Assembly (NCBI GenBank): GCA_023428915.1
Contig: JAEYWL010000058.1
Coordinates: 1 to 62,758, forward strand
DNA from: Verrucomicrobiota bacterium
Lineage (GTDB): Bacteria > Chlamydiota > Chlamydiia > Chlamydiales > JAEYWL01
Reading direction: 5' to 3'
Length of the DNA: 62,758 nucleotides
Positions 1-9,913 of this stretch are shown here, one piece after another (position 1 is the first letter of the stretch; each line of letters opens with the position of its first letter). The notes beneath the pieces were generated by a model. It made no database searches. It saw only the letters and a list, made by a program, of their open reading frames with translations, and was not told where the DNA came from. A program made the position numbers and the translations under genes.

Positions 1-188
1 TGTTAGCCCCGCGTGAAAGCATCTGCAGGTCCTGCAGATGCTGGAACGTGGGGTTAAGACGGAAAATACAATTGAGCTGCGGTTAGCAGCGACAGAATAA
101 GTGTCGCTGCTAACCGCAGCTCGATTAAATATTATCTCCTAACCCCACGTTCCGGCACGCCTACAGCGGCCTTCACGCGGGGCTAACA
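1..188. repeat. Nested inverted-repeat intergenic element (cruciform / multi-stem capable); may continue beyond the window edge
   Basis: 1-17 tgttagccccgcgtgaa is the reverse complement of 172-188 ttcacgcggggctaaca. 43-58 pairs with 139-153, and 71-94 pairs with 101-124 (one mismatch, 6-nt loop). A separate local hairpin lies at 18-42 (agcatctgcag gtc ctgcagatgct). Confidence 0.85.
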
Positions 189-268
189 ACTGCCAGCGCT
201 GCCGCGCTTCAAACTTAATTTTTCGATAAATCTGCTCAAAAAACTTCAATTTTTTCAAGCAAAGCTAA

Positions 269-3200
269 TTACGCAAGAACTATTTTAACCGGAAAAATCG
301 GCGGCAAACTGGATGCCGGTGGAGAAGGCAGCTTCACCATATTTTTCCCTAATGTATTTCTTGGAAACATAGCAAACATTTCTTGAGCTCTTTGGGTTCC
401 TAAAAATCCCAGAACCCGGTTTTTTACTGAGGTTAGATTGCTCCTCTGGCTATGAAAGTCGAATCCACCTTCATGTACTTTTTGCAGCAAGCGGACGCCT
501 TCATCTTTATCGGCACCTTCGCTATTCGCAACTTCTATAAACTTAGCAGCTAGCAAGTTGCATAGAAGCTGATTATCTTCCAGCTTTGAAAATATTCCGG
601 AAGATTCAGCTAAACTGCAAGTGTCTGGATCCTCTAAAAGTGCATAGATCAATCTATCTGGAAATTGGGCTCCATTTTTCAGTAATTCCCTTATATACAT
701 GCTGCGCTTTTTTACATCTTTAACCTTTAAAGCAGCTTCTAAAGGGTACCCATAGACAGGATGAGTGTTATTTAGGTCGTCTGGTCCAAAAGGCTGATTG
801 AAAAGGGATAGCATCTCAAGGTTTTCATCGAGAATGAGCTCATGGATGAGCTCATGATAAATACCTGGCCGTTTATTGATCATTTCTTTTGCAACGTCGA
901 AGGAATGTGTTTTGAGGGCCCAGTAAAGATAACTTTTTCCATCTTTTTTTAATAAAGGATCTAACTCATGCTTGAACCTTTGTTCCGATAATGATGCAAT
1001 TGCGACAGAGGCGGGTGCGAGGGGGGCTTGTGTAATGAGGCTGCCTGAGGAAATTTTCAAACTAGGTGATGCTTGTGGAGTAGACAGGCAGCTGTGATCA
1101 TTTGTTTTCTGCTTTTTGTATTTGGGTTGACCTTCTGTTTGAAGAGACGAAGGGAGACCTCTCTTAGAATTGTGCTCAAGAAGAGACTTAAGATATGCGG
1201 CTGTTTTTTTACTGCCGCTTTCTTCAGCTATTTGAAGCAGAGTTTTGCCTTGTTGATCGGGCAAGTATAAAAGTGTGTGTGAAATGGCCAATAAAGCCCT
1301 TAATATTGGCTGCGAGGAATCTTTTTTGACTACATAATGAATAAGAGCTTGACCTTTATGGTCTAGCTGTTCGAGATCTAAGCTTTGAAAAGCTAATTGT
1401 TCCATTACCTCAATGAAAGTTTCAGATTGAAAAAGAGACTTGCAGTAGGCGTAAACAAGCAGGCTTTGTCCAATAAGAGGGTCTTGATGGTTCGGATCAT
1501 ATTTTGCAGCAGCTAAGTTTGCAATTTGCCGTACATGAAATGCCGCTTCAGTAAACAAATAAGTATCATTTTGAAGGCTCTTGAATGTTTCTAAAAGCAA
1601 AGCTAATGACTCAGGAGCGCCTAAGCACACTCTGGCCAGACGAAAAATTAGTTTATGCGCCGGATCGTTTTGTTCGATAAATGTTATCACCCGTTGATTT
1701 GCTAAAAGCCTTTTTAAGAGGTCGTGAGAAGTAGCTGCTTTGATCAAATGACTTTCGATTAGAGGCAGTTCAGCTCCTAAGTCGAGCAATTTCATAGCAA
1801 TTTGTATCTGTTTTGGGTCAAGGCCAAAGGAGCCGTCAGCGAAGCGGGAGATACCATTTTGATCTCTAGCGGGAATTATTCTTCGATCTGCCAATAGCTC
1901 TTTTAAAGCAATGGAAAGCTCTTCTTTTTCCTCATTTGTTAAAGGCTCAACTGTTAAAAAAAGCTTTGCCAGCTCCCAATCATGATGCCCGATAGCCATT
2001 AAGTATGGCTTTATCACCCCTCCACTCTCGATGCATTTTTCATAGGGGGAGGCACCCAATTTAATTAACTCGGCCGCAAGTGCCAATTTACGGGGGTCGC
2101 CATGTTGGGCTTTCCTGCTTAGTAAATAGGCAAGCATGGCGGTAGCATTGGACAAATCCCTATGAGGGTGGCCAGGATGAACATTAAGCAGGGCTTTTGC
2201 ATTCTCAGCAATTTGTTCAAGGGTGCAGGTAGAAAGCAGAACTATCAGCTCTTTTAGCGGGAGCACAAAATTTTCTGGGGGAAGTGCTTTTAACATCTCT
2301 TTCACTGCCTCAATTTGCGCTAAATCGATGGCTCTTTTTAAGGGAGAGGATTGCCTTTTTGAGCGGCTTTCATAAGGATTAGCCCCTAAAGCTATTAACT
2401 TAGCGATGAGGATGATTTTAGCTTCTAATGATAAGGCCGCTTGTTGAATGACAAAGGAAAGCGGCTGAACCACACCTTGTCTTACATTGGAGTAATTTAC
2501 GTTTGCCCCTAGGAATATTAGCCGGTTTAAAACACCATGGGTTGCATTTTTTGGATGTAACAAGGCTCTGTAGAGCAATTGATTTGGGGTAAAGGTCGGT
2601 TTGTATTCTTCGTTTAAAAGGAATTCAGCTGTTCCGGCATGCCCTTTTTCCAGTATTGTTTCAATTAATGGTATAGAAATGACATCGCGCCTGGCCCCAT
2701 TGGCTAACAACCATTTCACTAGGGCCAGTTGTCCGGCTTCTATGGCCACATACAGGGCTGTATTATTAGGAAGGAGGCTGCCGTCAGAGGAAGGGAAAGT
2801 CTCATCAACGCCTGCTTGCAGGCATTTCATTGTTTCTTGAAACAAGGCTACATTTCCCCCTCTTGCGGCAGCAAAAAAGCATGCTTTATTCTTTAAAAGA
2901 TGTTGAAAGGCTGGGCAGCCGCAATTTGCCTCGACAAAATTAAATAGCTTTTGATTTCCCCTTTCCAAAATTATGAGTAAAATGGCGTGTTTTTCTTCAT
3001 GGGATAATGTGTAAAAGCAAGCTCCCGCCCTTTTAAATAGCGTTATCTCGTCTTTTTCAGCGGCAAGCTTTAGGATAGCTGCTTCGAAATCTTTAGATGC
3101 AGCTCCTAAATCTAAAAGTAAATGGCAAACTTCTGCATTTCCTTTTTCAAGAGCTAATTTAAGAGCTGCGGCGGCATGGACATTGGTTTCTTCCCGTTTA

Positions 3201-3907
3201 GCAGCCTCTTCCTGTGTTACAGCAGGAGGCTGTTGCGTGTTAGACTCAGTTGAAATAGCGGGGGCTTTTGAGGGAATAGCTTTGATAAATTGCCCCTGGT
3301 ATTTAAGCAGATAAGCCAATATTTTCGGGCATTGGTAAATGACGGGACTTTTGAACAAGCGGAAAACATCGTCTTGATGCAGGTATTTAAGATTAAGGAG
3401 AGTCCTCCTAGGGTTGAGAGTGAGTGCAGCACCCGGAACATTGTTTTTTTCATTCCATGAGGCGTACCGCTCTATTATCCTGCCCGATTCATCAACGAGG
3501 GCTTGATAGTTTTTATCTGCATCTGCGAGCTTTAGCAGTTCAGCTTCGATTTCGCGGATAAATTTTTGCGCCTCTACTAGCACATTTGATGAAGTGATAT
3601 CGCCTGTAAAACCTAATTCGTAAGCTAAGGGAATCAATGCAGCATTTGTACGGGCATGATTTTCTTTAGAAGTGCATATAAAATTCGGCAGCGAAACATT
3701 AGGCACGAAATAAATAATGCGGTTGAAAATTTCGTTCGGCAGTTGATTTAGATAGTTTGTAGTATCTGTCTCGACTGTAATTGGAGTGCAGGCTGCAGCT
3801 TTGGCTCGCTTCAAACAGGGACTGCTATTTTTTTTAACTTGCGTGTGTCCAGCTTTAATTTCAGCATACGGCCTTTTTAAATTAACACCTTCTATCATAA
3901 ACATCAT
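269..3907 (-). CDS. Large eukaryote-like protein with an N-terminal F-box-like motif and multiple ankyrin-type repeats (candidate secreted effector)
   Basis: 1212-aa ORF. Residues ~52-90, YLNQLPNEIFNRIIYFVPNVSLPNFICTSKE, fit the F-box LPxEI...I pattern. Repeated ANK-like helices are present: KLALEKGNAEVCHLLLDLGA, NTALYVAIEAGQLALVKWLLANGARRD, GKTLLQIAEESGSKKTAAYLKSLLE. No signal peptide. Confidence 0.7.
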   Translation of the reverse strand: MMFMIEGVNLKRPYAEIKAGHTQVKKNSSPCLKRAKAAACTPITVETDTTNYLNQLPNEIFNRIIYFVPNVSLPNFICTSKENHARTNAALIPLAYELGFTGDITSSNVLVEAQKFIREIEAELLKLADADKNYQALVDESGRIIERYASWNEKNNVPGAALTLNPRRTLLNLKYLHQDDVFRLFKSPVIYQCPKILAYLLKYQGQFIKAIPSKAPAISTESNTQQPPAVTQEEAAKREETNVHAAAALKLALEKGNAEVCHLLLDLGAASKDFEAAILKLAAEKDEITLFKRAGACFYTLSHEEKHAILLIILERGNQKLFNFVEANCGCPAFQHLLKNKACFFAAARGGNVALFQETMKCLQAGVDETFPSSDGSLLPNNTALYVAIEAGQLALVKWLLANGARRDVISIPLIETILEKGHAGTAEFLLNEEYKPTFTPNQLLYRALLHPKNATHGVLNRLIFLGANVNYSNVRQGVVQPLSFVIQQAALSLEAKIILIAKLIALGANPYESRSKRQSSPLKRAIDLAQIEAVKEMLKALPPENFVLPLKELIVLLSTCTLEQIAENAKALLNVHPGHPHRDLSNATAMLAYLLSRKAQHGDPRKLALAAELIKLGASPYEKCIESGGVIKPYLMAIGHHDWELAKLFLTVEPLTNEEKEELSIALKELLADRRIIPARDQNGISRFADGSFGLDPKQIQIAMKLLDLGAELPLIESHLIKAATSHDLLKRLLANQRVITFIEQNDPAHKLIFRLARVCLGAPESLALLLETFKSLQNDTYLFTEAAFHVRQIANLAAAKYDPNHQDPLIGQSLLVYAYCKSLFQSETFIEVMEQLAFQSLDLEQLDHKGQALIHYVVKKDSSQPILRALLAISHTLLYLPDQQGKTLLQIAEESGSKKTAAYLKSLLEHNSKRGLPSSLQTEGQPKYKKQKTNDHSCLSTPQASPSLKISSGSLITQAPLAPASVAIASLSEQRFKHELDPLLKKDGKSYLYWALKTHSFDVAKEMINKRPGIYHELIHELILDENLEMLSLFNQPFGPDDLNNTHPVYGYPLEAALKVKDVKKRSMYIRELLKNGAQFPDRLIYALLEDPDTCSLAESSGIFSKLEDNQLLCNLLAAKFIEVANSEGADKDEGVRLLQKVHEGGFDFHSQRSNLTSVKNRVLGFLGTQRAQEMFAMFPRNTLGKNMVKLPSPPASSLPPIFPVKIVLA

Positions 3908-4025
3908 ACCTTTATAAAGTTGGTGAGATATTATAATGTTAAGTTTTTATTAAGTAAAGAAAGTATAAAAAACAAAAAGTAATGTTATTGCATAGGGTGG
4001 GTTTTGAAAATAAATAACTAACTTT

Positions 4026-4970
4026 TTACGGCACGAGCTTGACGACAATTGCAGAGCAGTTATCTTGAGACCCCTTTTGTAAAGCTGTTTTGACAAGCTC
4101 TTCTGCGGCTTCTGAGGAATTTTTTCCTTGCCTTAATGCTGCTTCGACTACCTTAACGGCCTCATCATTTTTTATGGCGTCCCAAATCCCATCAGAAGCT
4201 AGAATCAAGAAATTATTAAAATGCACGCTGCCGAGTTCGCTTAAAGCAAAAGTCGTAACAGTGGGTTTAGGGCAGGCGCCATTAATTTTATAGTCGCCAA
4301 AAACCCTGCCTACAGCGAGCGCTCCGTTTCTTTCGTCGCCGATGCAAAGTTGTCCATTATGCATGAACAGCAGTATTTTATTTTTTATAAACTCTATTTG
4401 CATATGTACAGCATCCACTTTATCGTCTATACTTAAAGGTTTTGCCTCTCCTTTGTAGGCGAGGACGGCGCGGCTATCGCCAACATTAACCACATACAGC
4501 ATCTTATCAAAAATAAAAGCAAGGATCGCTGTGGTGCCGCCTTTTCTAAGTATGCCATCACAAGTAAGCGCTTGCTTTAATTCAGCATTGCAATCTAAAA
4601 ACTGCTCTTCCAGTAAGTTTTCAAGGCAACGAGGCTGGCGCTGCTCAAGATCTGCAAAGGCTTTAACTGCTATTGCTAGTTTAGCGCCAATAACTTTGCT
4701 CACCCGTTGTGCATAATCAAGACCAAAATACCCATGGCCGTCAAAAATTCCAAAAAGGGGGAGGGAGGTATCGTTAACTTCAAAGGAAGAAAAGAGCGCT
4801 TCATCTTGCATTTGTTCATAAACACCGGCAGTTGTGCAGCCGCCTGCTGTAATGCCAGCAATTGTGTTTTCGCCATACTGATTCAAGGTAATGGTTGTAT
4901 TGATTTCGGCTTCTTCTTCTAGAAAATTATATAAACCAGAAACGGATGGGGTAGGTCTAGTTGCTTCCAT
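4026..4970 (-). CDS. PP2C-family (PPM) Ser/Thr protein phosphatase
   Basis: 314 aa with PPM motifs FGIFDGHGY, GTTAILAF, VVNVGDSRAVL, LILASDGIWDA and GSQDNCSAIVVKL. It lies 118 nt upstream of the F-box/ANK gene on the same strand. Confidence 0.85.
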   Translation of the reverse strand: MEATRPTPSVSGLYNFLEEEAEINTTITLNQYGENTIAGITAGGCTTAGVYEQMQDEALFSSFEVNDTSLPLFGIFDGHGYFGLDYAQRVSKVIGAKLAIAVKAFADLEQRQPRCLENLLEEQFLDCNAELKQALTCDGILRKGGTTAILAFIFDKMLYVVNVGDSRAVLAYKGEAKPLSIDDKVDAVHMQIEFIKNKILLFMHNGQLCIGDERNGALAVGRVFGDYKINGACPKPTVTTFALSELGSVHFNNFLILASDGIWDAIKNDEAVKVVEAALRQGKNSSEAAEELVKTALQKGSQDNCSAIVVKLVP

Positions 4971-5140
4971 AATAAAGTTTCCTATTTAAGTGTTGAGGTT
5001 GTTCGGTGATTTGTAACTATTTGTATTTATTTGGTTTTGTTTTATTACTAAAATGTAAGCCTTAAATTTTAAGTAGTGATTAAAGAGTAGTGTATGTTAT
5101 TCTTGTATAGAATTTAAGAAAAAAAGAGAGACTTGCTGGG

Positions 5141-6580
5141 ATGTCAACGGATACCTATTCTAAAAAAAATAGTGAGTACAAATACGGTTTTGTCACCGAA
5201 ATTGAAACCGAGCGGTTGCCTAAAGGGCTTAATGAAGAGGTCATCCGGGCGATCTCGGCAAAGAAGGAAGAGCCGGAATTCATGCTGGAGTTCAGGCTTA
5301 AAGCCTATCGGCGCTGGCTTGAGATGGAAGAGCCAGACTGGGCTAACCTTAAGCACTCGCCTATTGATTTTCAAAATATCACCTACTATTCCGCTCCCAA
5401 GAACAAACCCAAACTCAACAACTTATCTGATGCCGATCCAGAACTCTTAAAGACCTTTGAAAAATTAGGTATTCCCGTTGAAGAGCAGATGCGGTTAACT
5501 AACGTCGCCGTCGATCTTGTATTTGATTCTGTCTCCATAGGCACGACTTTTAAAAAGAAGTTAGAAGACGCTGGGGTAATCCTTTGCTCAATCTCTGAAG
5601 CGATCCGCAAGTATCCGGAATTAATTAGCAAATACTTAGGCAGCGTAGTGCCTGCGGGAGACAATTACTTTGCCGCCCTGAACTCCGCCGTCTTTACTGA
5701 CGGTTCTTTCGTCTATATCCCCAAGGGGGTGCGCTGCCCCATGGAAATCTCTACCTATTTCCGTATAAATGATAAAGAATCCGGCCAATTTGAGCGCACG
5801 CTTATCATTGCCGAAGAAGGCTCTTATGTAAGCTATTTGGAAGGCTGCACAGCCCCTGCTTATGACAATAATCAGCTGCATGCCGCAGTAGTGGAACTCG
5901 TGGCCTTGGAAAAGGCCGAAATTAAATACGCTACAGTGCAAAACTGGTATTCCGGCCACCCTGAAACAGGAGAAGGCGGAATTTACAATTTTGTGACTAA
6001 GCGGGGGCGCTGTGCCGGCAGCCACTCTAAAATTTCCTGGACTCAAGTAGAAGTTGGAGCCGCTATTACTTGGAAGTATCCAAGTTGTATTTTACAGGGC
6101 GATCATTCCATCGGGGAGTTTTACTCTGTAGCTTTAACTAATGGACATATGCAAGCCGATACAGGCACCAAAATGATCCATTTGGGCAAAAATACCCGCT
6201 CTACTATTGTATCAAAAGGAATCAGCGCCGATAATTCCCATAATAGCTACCGCGGGCTGGTAAAAATTGCCCCCCGCGCGCATGGCGCGCGCAACTATAC
6301 GCAATGCGACTCAATGCTAGTGGGCAACAATTGCTCAGCCAATACTTTTCCTTACATCGAAGTGAGCAACTCTACCAGCCAGGTTGAACACGAGGCAACC
6401 ACCTCGAAAATTAATGAAGAGCAGTTATTTTACTGCCGTTCAAGAGGCCTCTCGCAAGAAGAGGCTGTTAATATGATTGTCAATGGCTTTTGCAAAGAGG
6501 TGATGGAAGTGCTGCCTCTGGAATTTGCTGCAGAAGCGCGCAATCTTTTAAAACTTAAATTAGAAAACTCAGTCGGATAG
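5141..6580 (+). CDS. sufB: Fe-S cluster assembly scaffold SufB
   Basis: 479 aa. Typical SufB sequence ([50 protein letters not shown]) and first gene of a sufBCDS arrangement. Confidence 0.93.
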   Translation: MSTDTYSKKNSEYKYGFVTEIETERLPKGLNEEVIRAISAKKEEPEFMLEFRLKAYRRWLEMEEPDWANLKHSPIDFQNITYYSAPKNKPKLNNLSDADPELLKTFEKLGIPVEEQMRLTNVAVDLVFDSVSIGTTFKKKLEDAGVILCSISEAIRKYPELISKYLGSVVPAGDNYFAALNSAVFTDGSFVYIPKGVRCPMEISTYFRINDKESGQFERTLIIAEEGSYVSYLEGCTAPAYDNNQLHAAVVELVALEKAEIKYATVQNWYSGHPETGEGGIYNFVTKRGRCAGSHSKISWTQVEVGAAITWKYPSCILQGDHSIGEFYSVALTNGHMQADTGTKMIHLGKNTRSTIVSKGISADNSHNSYRGLVKIAPRAHGARNYTQCDSMLVGNNCSANTFPYIEVSNSTSQVEHEATTSKINEEQLFYCRSRGLSQEEAVNMIVNGFCKEVMEVLPLEFAAEARNLLKLKLENSVG

Positions 6581-6585
6581 GAATT

Positions 6586-7338
6586 ATGCTGCAAATCATC
6601 GACTTATGGGCCAATGTAGAAAATGCCCCCATACTTAAGGGATTCTCGCTCACTGTAAACAGAGGAGAAATCCATGCCATTATGGGGCCCAATGGGGCGG
6701 GAAAATCAACGCTGGCAAAAATTCTAGCCGGGCATCCTGCCTATGAAGTGACTGGCGGCGAAATCCTTTTTAACGGACAAAACCTCTTGGAAATGGAACC
6801 CGAAGAACGGGCTTTGGCTGGAATCTTTATGGGCTTTCAATACCCTGTGGAAATTCCTGGGGTTAGCAACCAGCTGTTTTTACGCACCGCTTATAATTTA
6901 CGCCGCAAAGCACAGGAACTGCCTGAGGCCTCCGAGGAGGAGTTCCAAAAAATGCTGGATGCCAAAATGAAAGAAATGGACATCAAAGCAGAACTAAAAG
7001 AACGCAATGTCAATGAAGGGTTTTCAGGCGGCGAAAAGAAGCGCAATGAAATCTTGCAGATGGCCATTTTAAAGCCGGAGTTAGCCGTTCTGGATGAAAC
7101 AGATTCTGGATTAGACATCGACGCTTTGCGTATTGTAGCTAAAGGCGTCAATCAGGTAATGGGCCAGGATTTAGGTTTGATCCTCATAACCCACTACCAG
7201 CGCTTGCTGGATTACATTCAGCCCGACTTTGTACATGTAATGATCGATGGACGCATCGTCCATTCCGGCGCTGCCGATTTGGCATTGATGCTTGAAGAAA
7301 AAGGCTATGACTGGCTACAGGGTGAGGGGCAAAACTAA
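6586..7338 (+). CDS. sufC: Fe-S cluster assembly ATPase SufC
   Basis: 250 aa. Walker [13 protein letters not shown] signature FSGGEKKR, Walker [13 protein letters not shown]. Starts 6 nt after sufB. Confidence 0.93.
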   Translation: MLQIIDLWANVENAPILKGFSLTVNRGEIHAIMGPNGAGKSTLAKILAGHPAYEVTGGEILFNGQNLLEMEPEERALAGIFMGFQYPVEIPGVSNQLFLRTAYNLRRKAQELPEASEEEFQKMLDAKMKEMDIKAELKERNVNEGFSGGEKKRNEILQMAILKPELAVLDETDSGLDIDALRIVAKGVNQVMGQDLGLILITHYQRLLDYIQPDFVHVMIDGRIVHSGAADLALMLEEKGYDWLQGEGQN

Positions 7339-8636
7339 TGTTGCAGCGCGAAGCAGAACACGAGCAATTCCATGCACTTTTGTGCGAGCAGTTTGAAAAA
7401 TATTCAGGCGATGCCTTGCAGGCTGTAAGAAAAAAAGCTTGGGAGAAATACCTGAGTGTCGGCCTGCCTTCCCGCAGAAATGAGGCGTACCAATATGTTC
7501 CTATCCGTTCGCTGCTTGAAAATCCTTTTAGTTCTCTTTCCAATGGCGCCAAAATCCTGCATAATCTTTCGGCCCATATTTGTGAAGAAGCACACGAAAG
7601 CCATCTCGTTTTTGTAAATGGCAGTTATAAACCCGAGCTGAGCTGCAGCAAGGGCTTGCCCTCGCAAATTATTATAATGACTTTGCAAGAGGCTATGAAA
7701 TCTTATAGCGCTTTGCTCAACAACCATTGGAACCGCAGCCTTAAAGATGAAAGCGATGCTTTTGCCGCAATCAATGCTGCTGTCCACTCAGAAGGGCTGT
7801 TTATTTACGTCCCCCCTAAATGCCGCGCAGCTATCCCCATACAATTGCTGCAAGTCATCGACAGTGAAGTTGGCTTCCCTGTAATTATGCCTCGGGTGCA
7901 GATTTTTGTTGGCGCTCAGGCAGAAGTGCAATTTGCTTGCACTGCCGCAGCTACCCCTAACTCAAATTTTGCCTGCAACCAAGTTATTGAGATTAATGTT
8001 GAAGAAGGCGCCAAAGTGCAAGTTGCGCAGCAGGTTTCTTGTGAAGGCTCGCATGGATGGTATTTTGAGGCTCTGCGCGGCAACGTGAAGCGCGATGCCA
8101 GCCTGCAATGCGTAAACTTAGCCCATGGCGACATCCCTACCCGCTATGACTATAATGTCAAGCTGCTAGGTGAAAATAGCGAAGCCCTTCTGCATGGAAT
8201 TTCAGTGCTGACCAAGCGCCGGGAAGTACACAATCACATTTTGATGGAACACCATGCGCCGAATTGCCGCTCCAATCAGCTATTTAAAAGCGTGCTGCAT
8301 GATGTCAGCCGCAGCAGTTTTGAAGGCAAGATTTTGGTGCAGAGGATAGCACAAAAGACCGAAGCCTATCAGCTTAACAAAACCCTCCTCATTAATGATG
8401 GAGCCCAGGCTTTCAGCAAGCCGAATTTAGAGATCTTTGCCGATGACGTTAAGGCGTCGCACGGTTCTACAATCGGACAATTGAACCATGAGCATTTATT
8501 CTACTTGCAAGCGCGCGGTTTCTCTTTCGATTATGCCCGCCGTTTATTAATTGAAGGGTTCTGCCAGGAAGTAAGCCAGCTTGCCTGCGCGGATTCGTTA
8601 GCAAATGCCTTTCTTAAGAAAATTCAAAACAATTAA
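7338..8636 (+). CDS. sufD: Fe-S cluster assembly protein SufD
   Basis: 432 aa. The C-terminal SufB/D beta-helix region (LEIFADDVKASHGSTIGQL, LFYLQARG) is present. Its start overlaps the sufC stop (TAATG). Confidence 0.88.
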   Translation: MLQREAEHEQFHALLCEQFEKYSGDALQAVRKKAWEKYLSVGLPSRRNEAYQYVPIRSLLENPFSSLSNGAKILHNLSAHICEEAHESHLVFVNGSYKPELSCSKGLPSQIIIMTLQEAMKSYSALLNNHWNRSLKDESDAFAAINAAVHSEGLFIYVPPKCRAAIPIQLLQVIDSEVGFPVIMPRVQIFVGAQAEVQFACTAAATPNSNFACNQVIEINVEEGAKVQVAQQVSCEGSHGWYFEALRGNVKRDASLQCVNLAHGDIPTRYDYNVKLLGENSEALLHGISVLTKRREVHNHILMEHHAPNCRSNQLFKSVLHDVSRSSFEGKILVQRIAQKTEAYQLNKTLLINDGAQAFSKPNLEIFADDVKASHGSTIGQLNHEHLFYLQARGFSFDYARRLLIEGFCQEVSQLACADSLANAFLKKIQNN

Positions 8637-8639
8637 GCT

Positions 8640-9848
8640 ATGGAACACTACCGACGCGATTTTCCGGTGCTGGGCTGTCAAGTACACAACAAGCCGCTTA
8701 TCTACTTTGATAGTGCGGCCACTGCACAAAAACCCCAAGCAGTGATTGACTGCATGACAGAGTTCTATCAGAAACGGTATGGGACTGTGCATCGAGCTGT
8801 GTACTATTTAGCTAGCGTAGCTACTGAAGAACACAATCGCGTCAGGGAAAAAGTTGCGGCATTTCTGGGGGCGAAATCCAGCGAGGAAATTATTTTCACC
8901 CGCGGCTCTACCGAATCGATCAATCTGGTTGCAAGCTCCTTTAGCAAGCAGTTTTTATATCCTGGTGATGAGATCCTGATATCAGAGATAGAACATCACG
9001 CCAATATCGTGCCTTGGCAGATGGCTTGCAAAGAGCGGCAGGCGCATTTAAAGGCCATACCGGTAGATGATAGAGGCTGTTTGGATCTCGCTGCCTTGCA
9101 GAATTTACTTACAAACAAGACTAAACTAGTAGCCATAAGCCATATATCCAATGCCCTTGGGACCATTCATCCCATACGCGAAATTGTTGCACTCGCCCAC
9201 GCCAAGGGAGCGAAGGTATTGATCGACGGGGCGCAAGCTGTTCCTCATCTTGAAGTCAATGTACAAGAACTTGATGTCGATTTTTACCTGTTTTCAGGCC
9301 ATAAAATTTACGGGCCTACCGGCATCGGCATCCTATATGGCAAAAAAGAACTTTTAGATGCCATGCCTCCCTACCAAGGCGGCGGGGATATGATCGACAC
9401 GGTAACTTTAGAAAATACCACTTATAATGACTTGCCGTTGAAATTCGAAGCCGGAACGCCGAGTATAGCCGAAGCAATTGGCTTAGGGGCCGCTATTGAT
9501 TACATTCAAGCCATCGGATTAGATAAGATCCGTACTTGGGAAGAAAAGCTTTTAGCTTATGCCACAGATAAGCTGCAGCAAATAAAGGGCTTGCGAATTA
9601 TTGGCACCGCGCCGCAAAAAGGGGCGCTTATCAGTTTTGTAATCGAAGGGATTCATCACTTGGATTTAGGCACCTGCCTGGACTTAGAAGGAATTGCTAT
9701 CCGTACCGGCCACCATTGCGCCCAAACAGCCATGCACCGCTTTGGTGTTACAGGAACTTCCCGTATTTCATTCGGACTCTATAATACTTGTGATGAAATT
9801 GATAAATTTATCATTTCTTTACAAAATATTATTAAAACTCTGCAATAA
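8640..9848 (+). CDS. sufS: Cysteine desulfurase SufS (class V aminotransferase, PLP-dependent)
   Basis: 402 aa. YFDSAATAQKP, EHHANIVPW, PLP-lysine context FSGHKIYGPTGIG, active-site loop RTGHHCAQ. Confidence 0.92.
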   Translation: MEHYRRDFPVLGCQVHNKPLIYFDSAATAQKPQAVIDCMTEFYQKRYGTVHRAVYYLASVATEEHNRVREKVAAFLGAKSSEEIIFTRGSTESINLVASSFSKQFLYPGDEILISEIEHHANIVPWQMACKERQAHLKAIPVDDRGCLDLAALQNLLTNKTKLVAISHISNALGTIHPIREIVALAHAKGAKVLIDGAQAVPHLEVNVQELDVDFYLFSGHKIYGPTGIGILYGKKELLDAMPPYQGGGDMIDTVTLENTTYNDLPLKFEAGTPSIAEAIGLGAAIDYIQAIGLDKIRTWEEKLLAYATDKLQQIKGLRIIGTAPQKGALISFVIEGIHHLDLGTCLDLEGIAIRTGHHCAQTAMHRFGVTGTSRISFGLYNTCDEIDKFIISLQNIIKTLQ

Positions 9849-9913
9849 TAACCCCGACTATTTTGAATCGAACTTTTAGCTGATAAGTAATAATCAATAA
9901 GGATGCGGCTATT

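Noticed and set aside
5061-5073. 13-nt palindrome cttaaattttaag upstream of sufB as a possible IscR/SufR-type operator
   Set aside because: It is short and AT-rich in an AT-rich region, so chance occurrence is likely. There is no regulator gene nearby and no second half-site.
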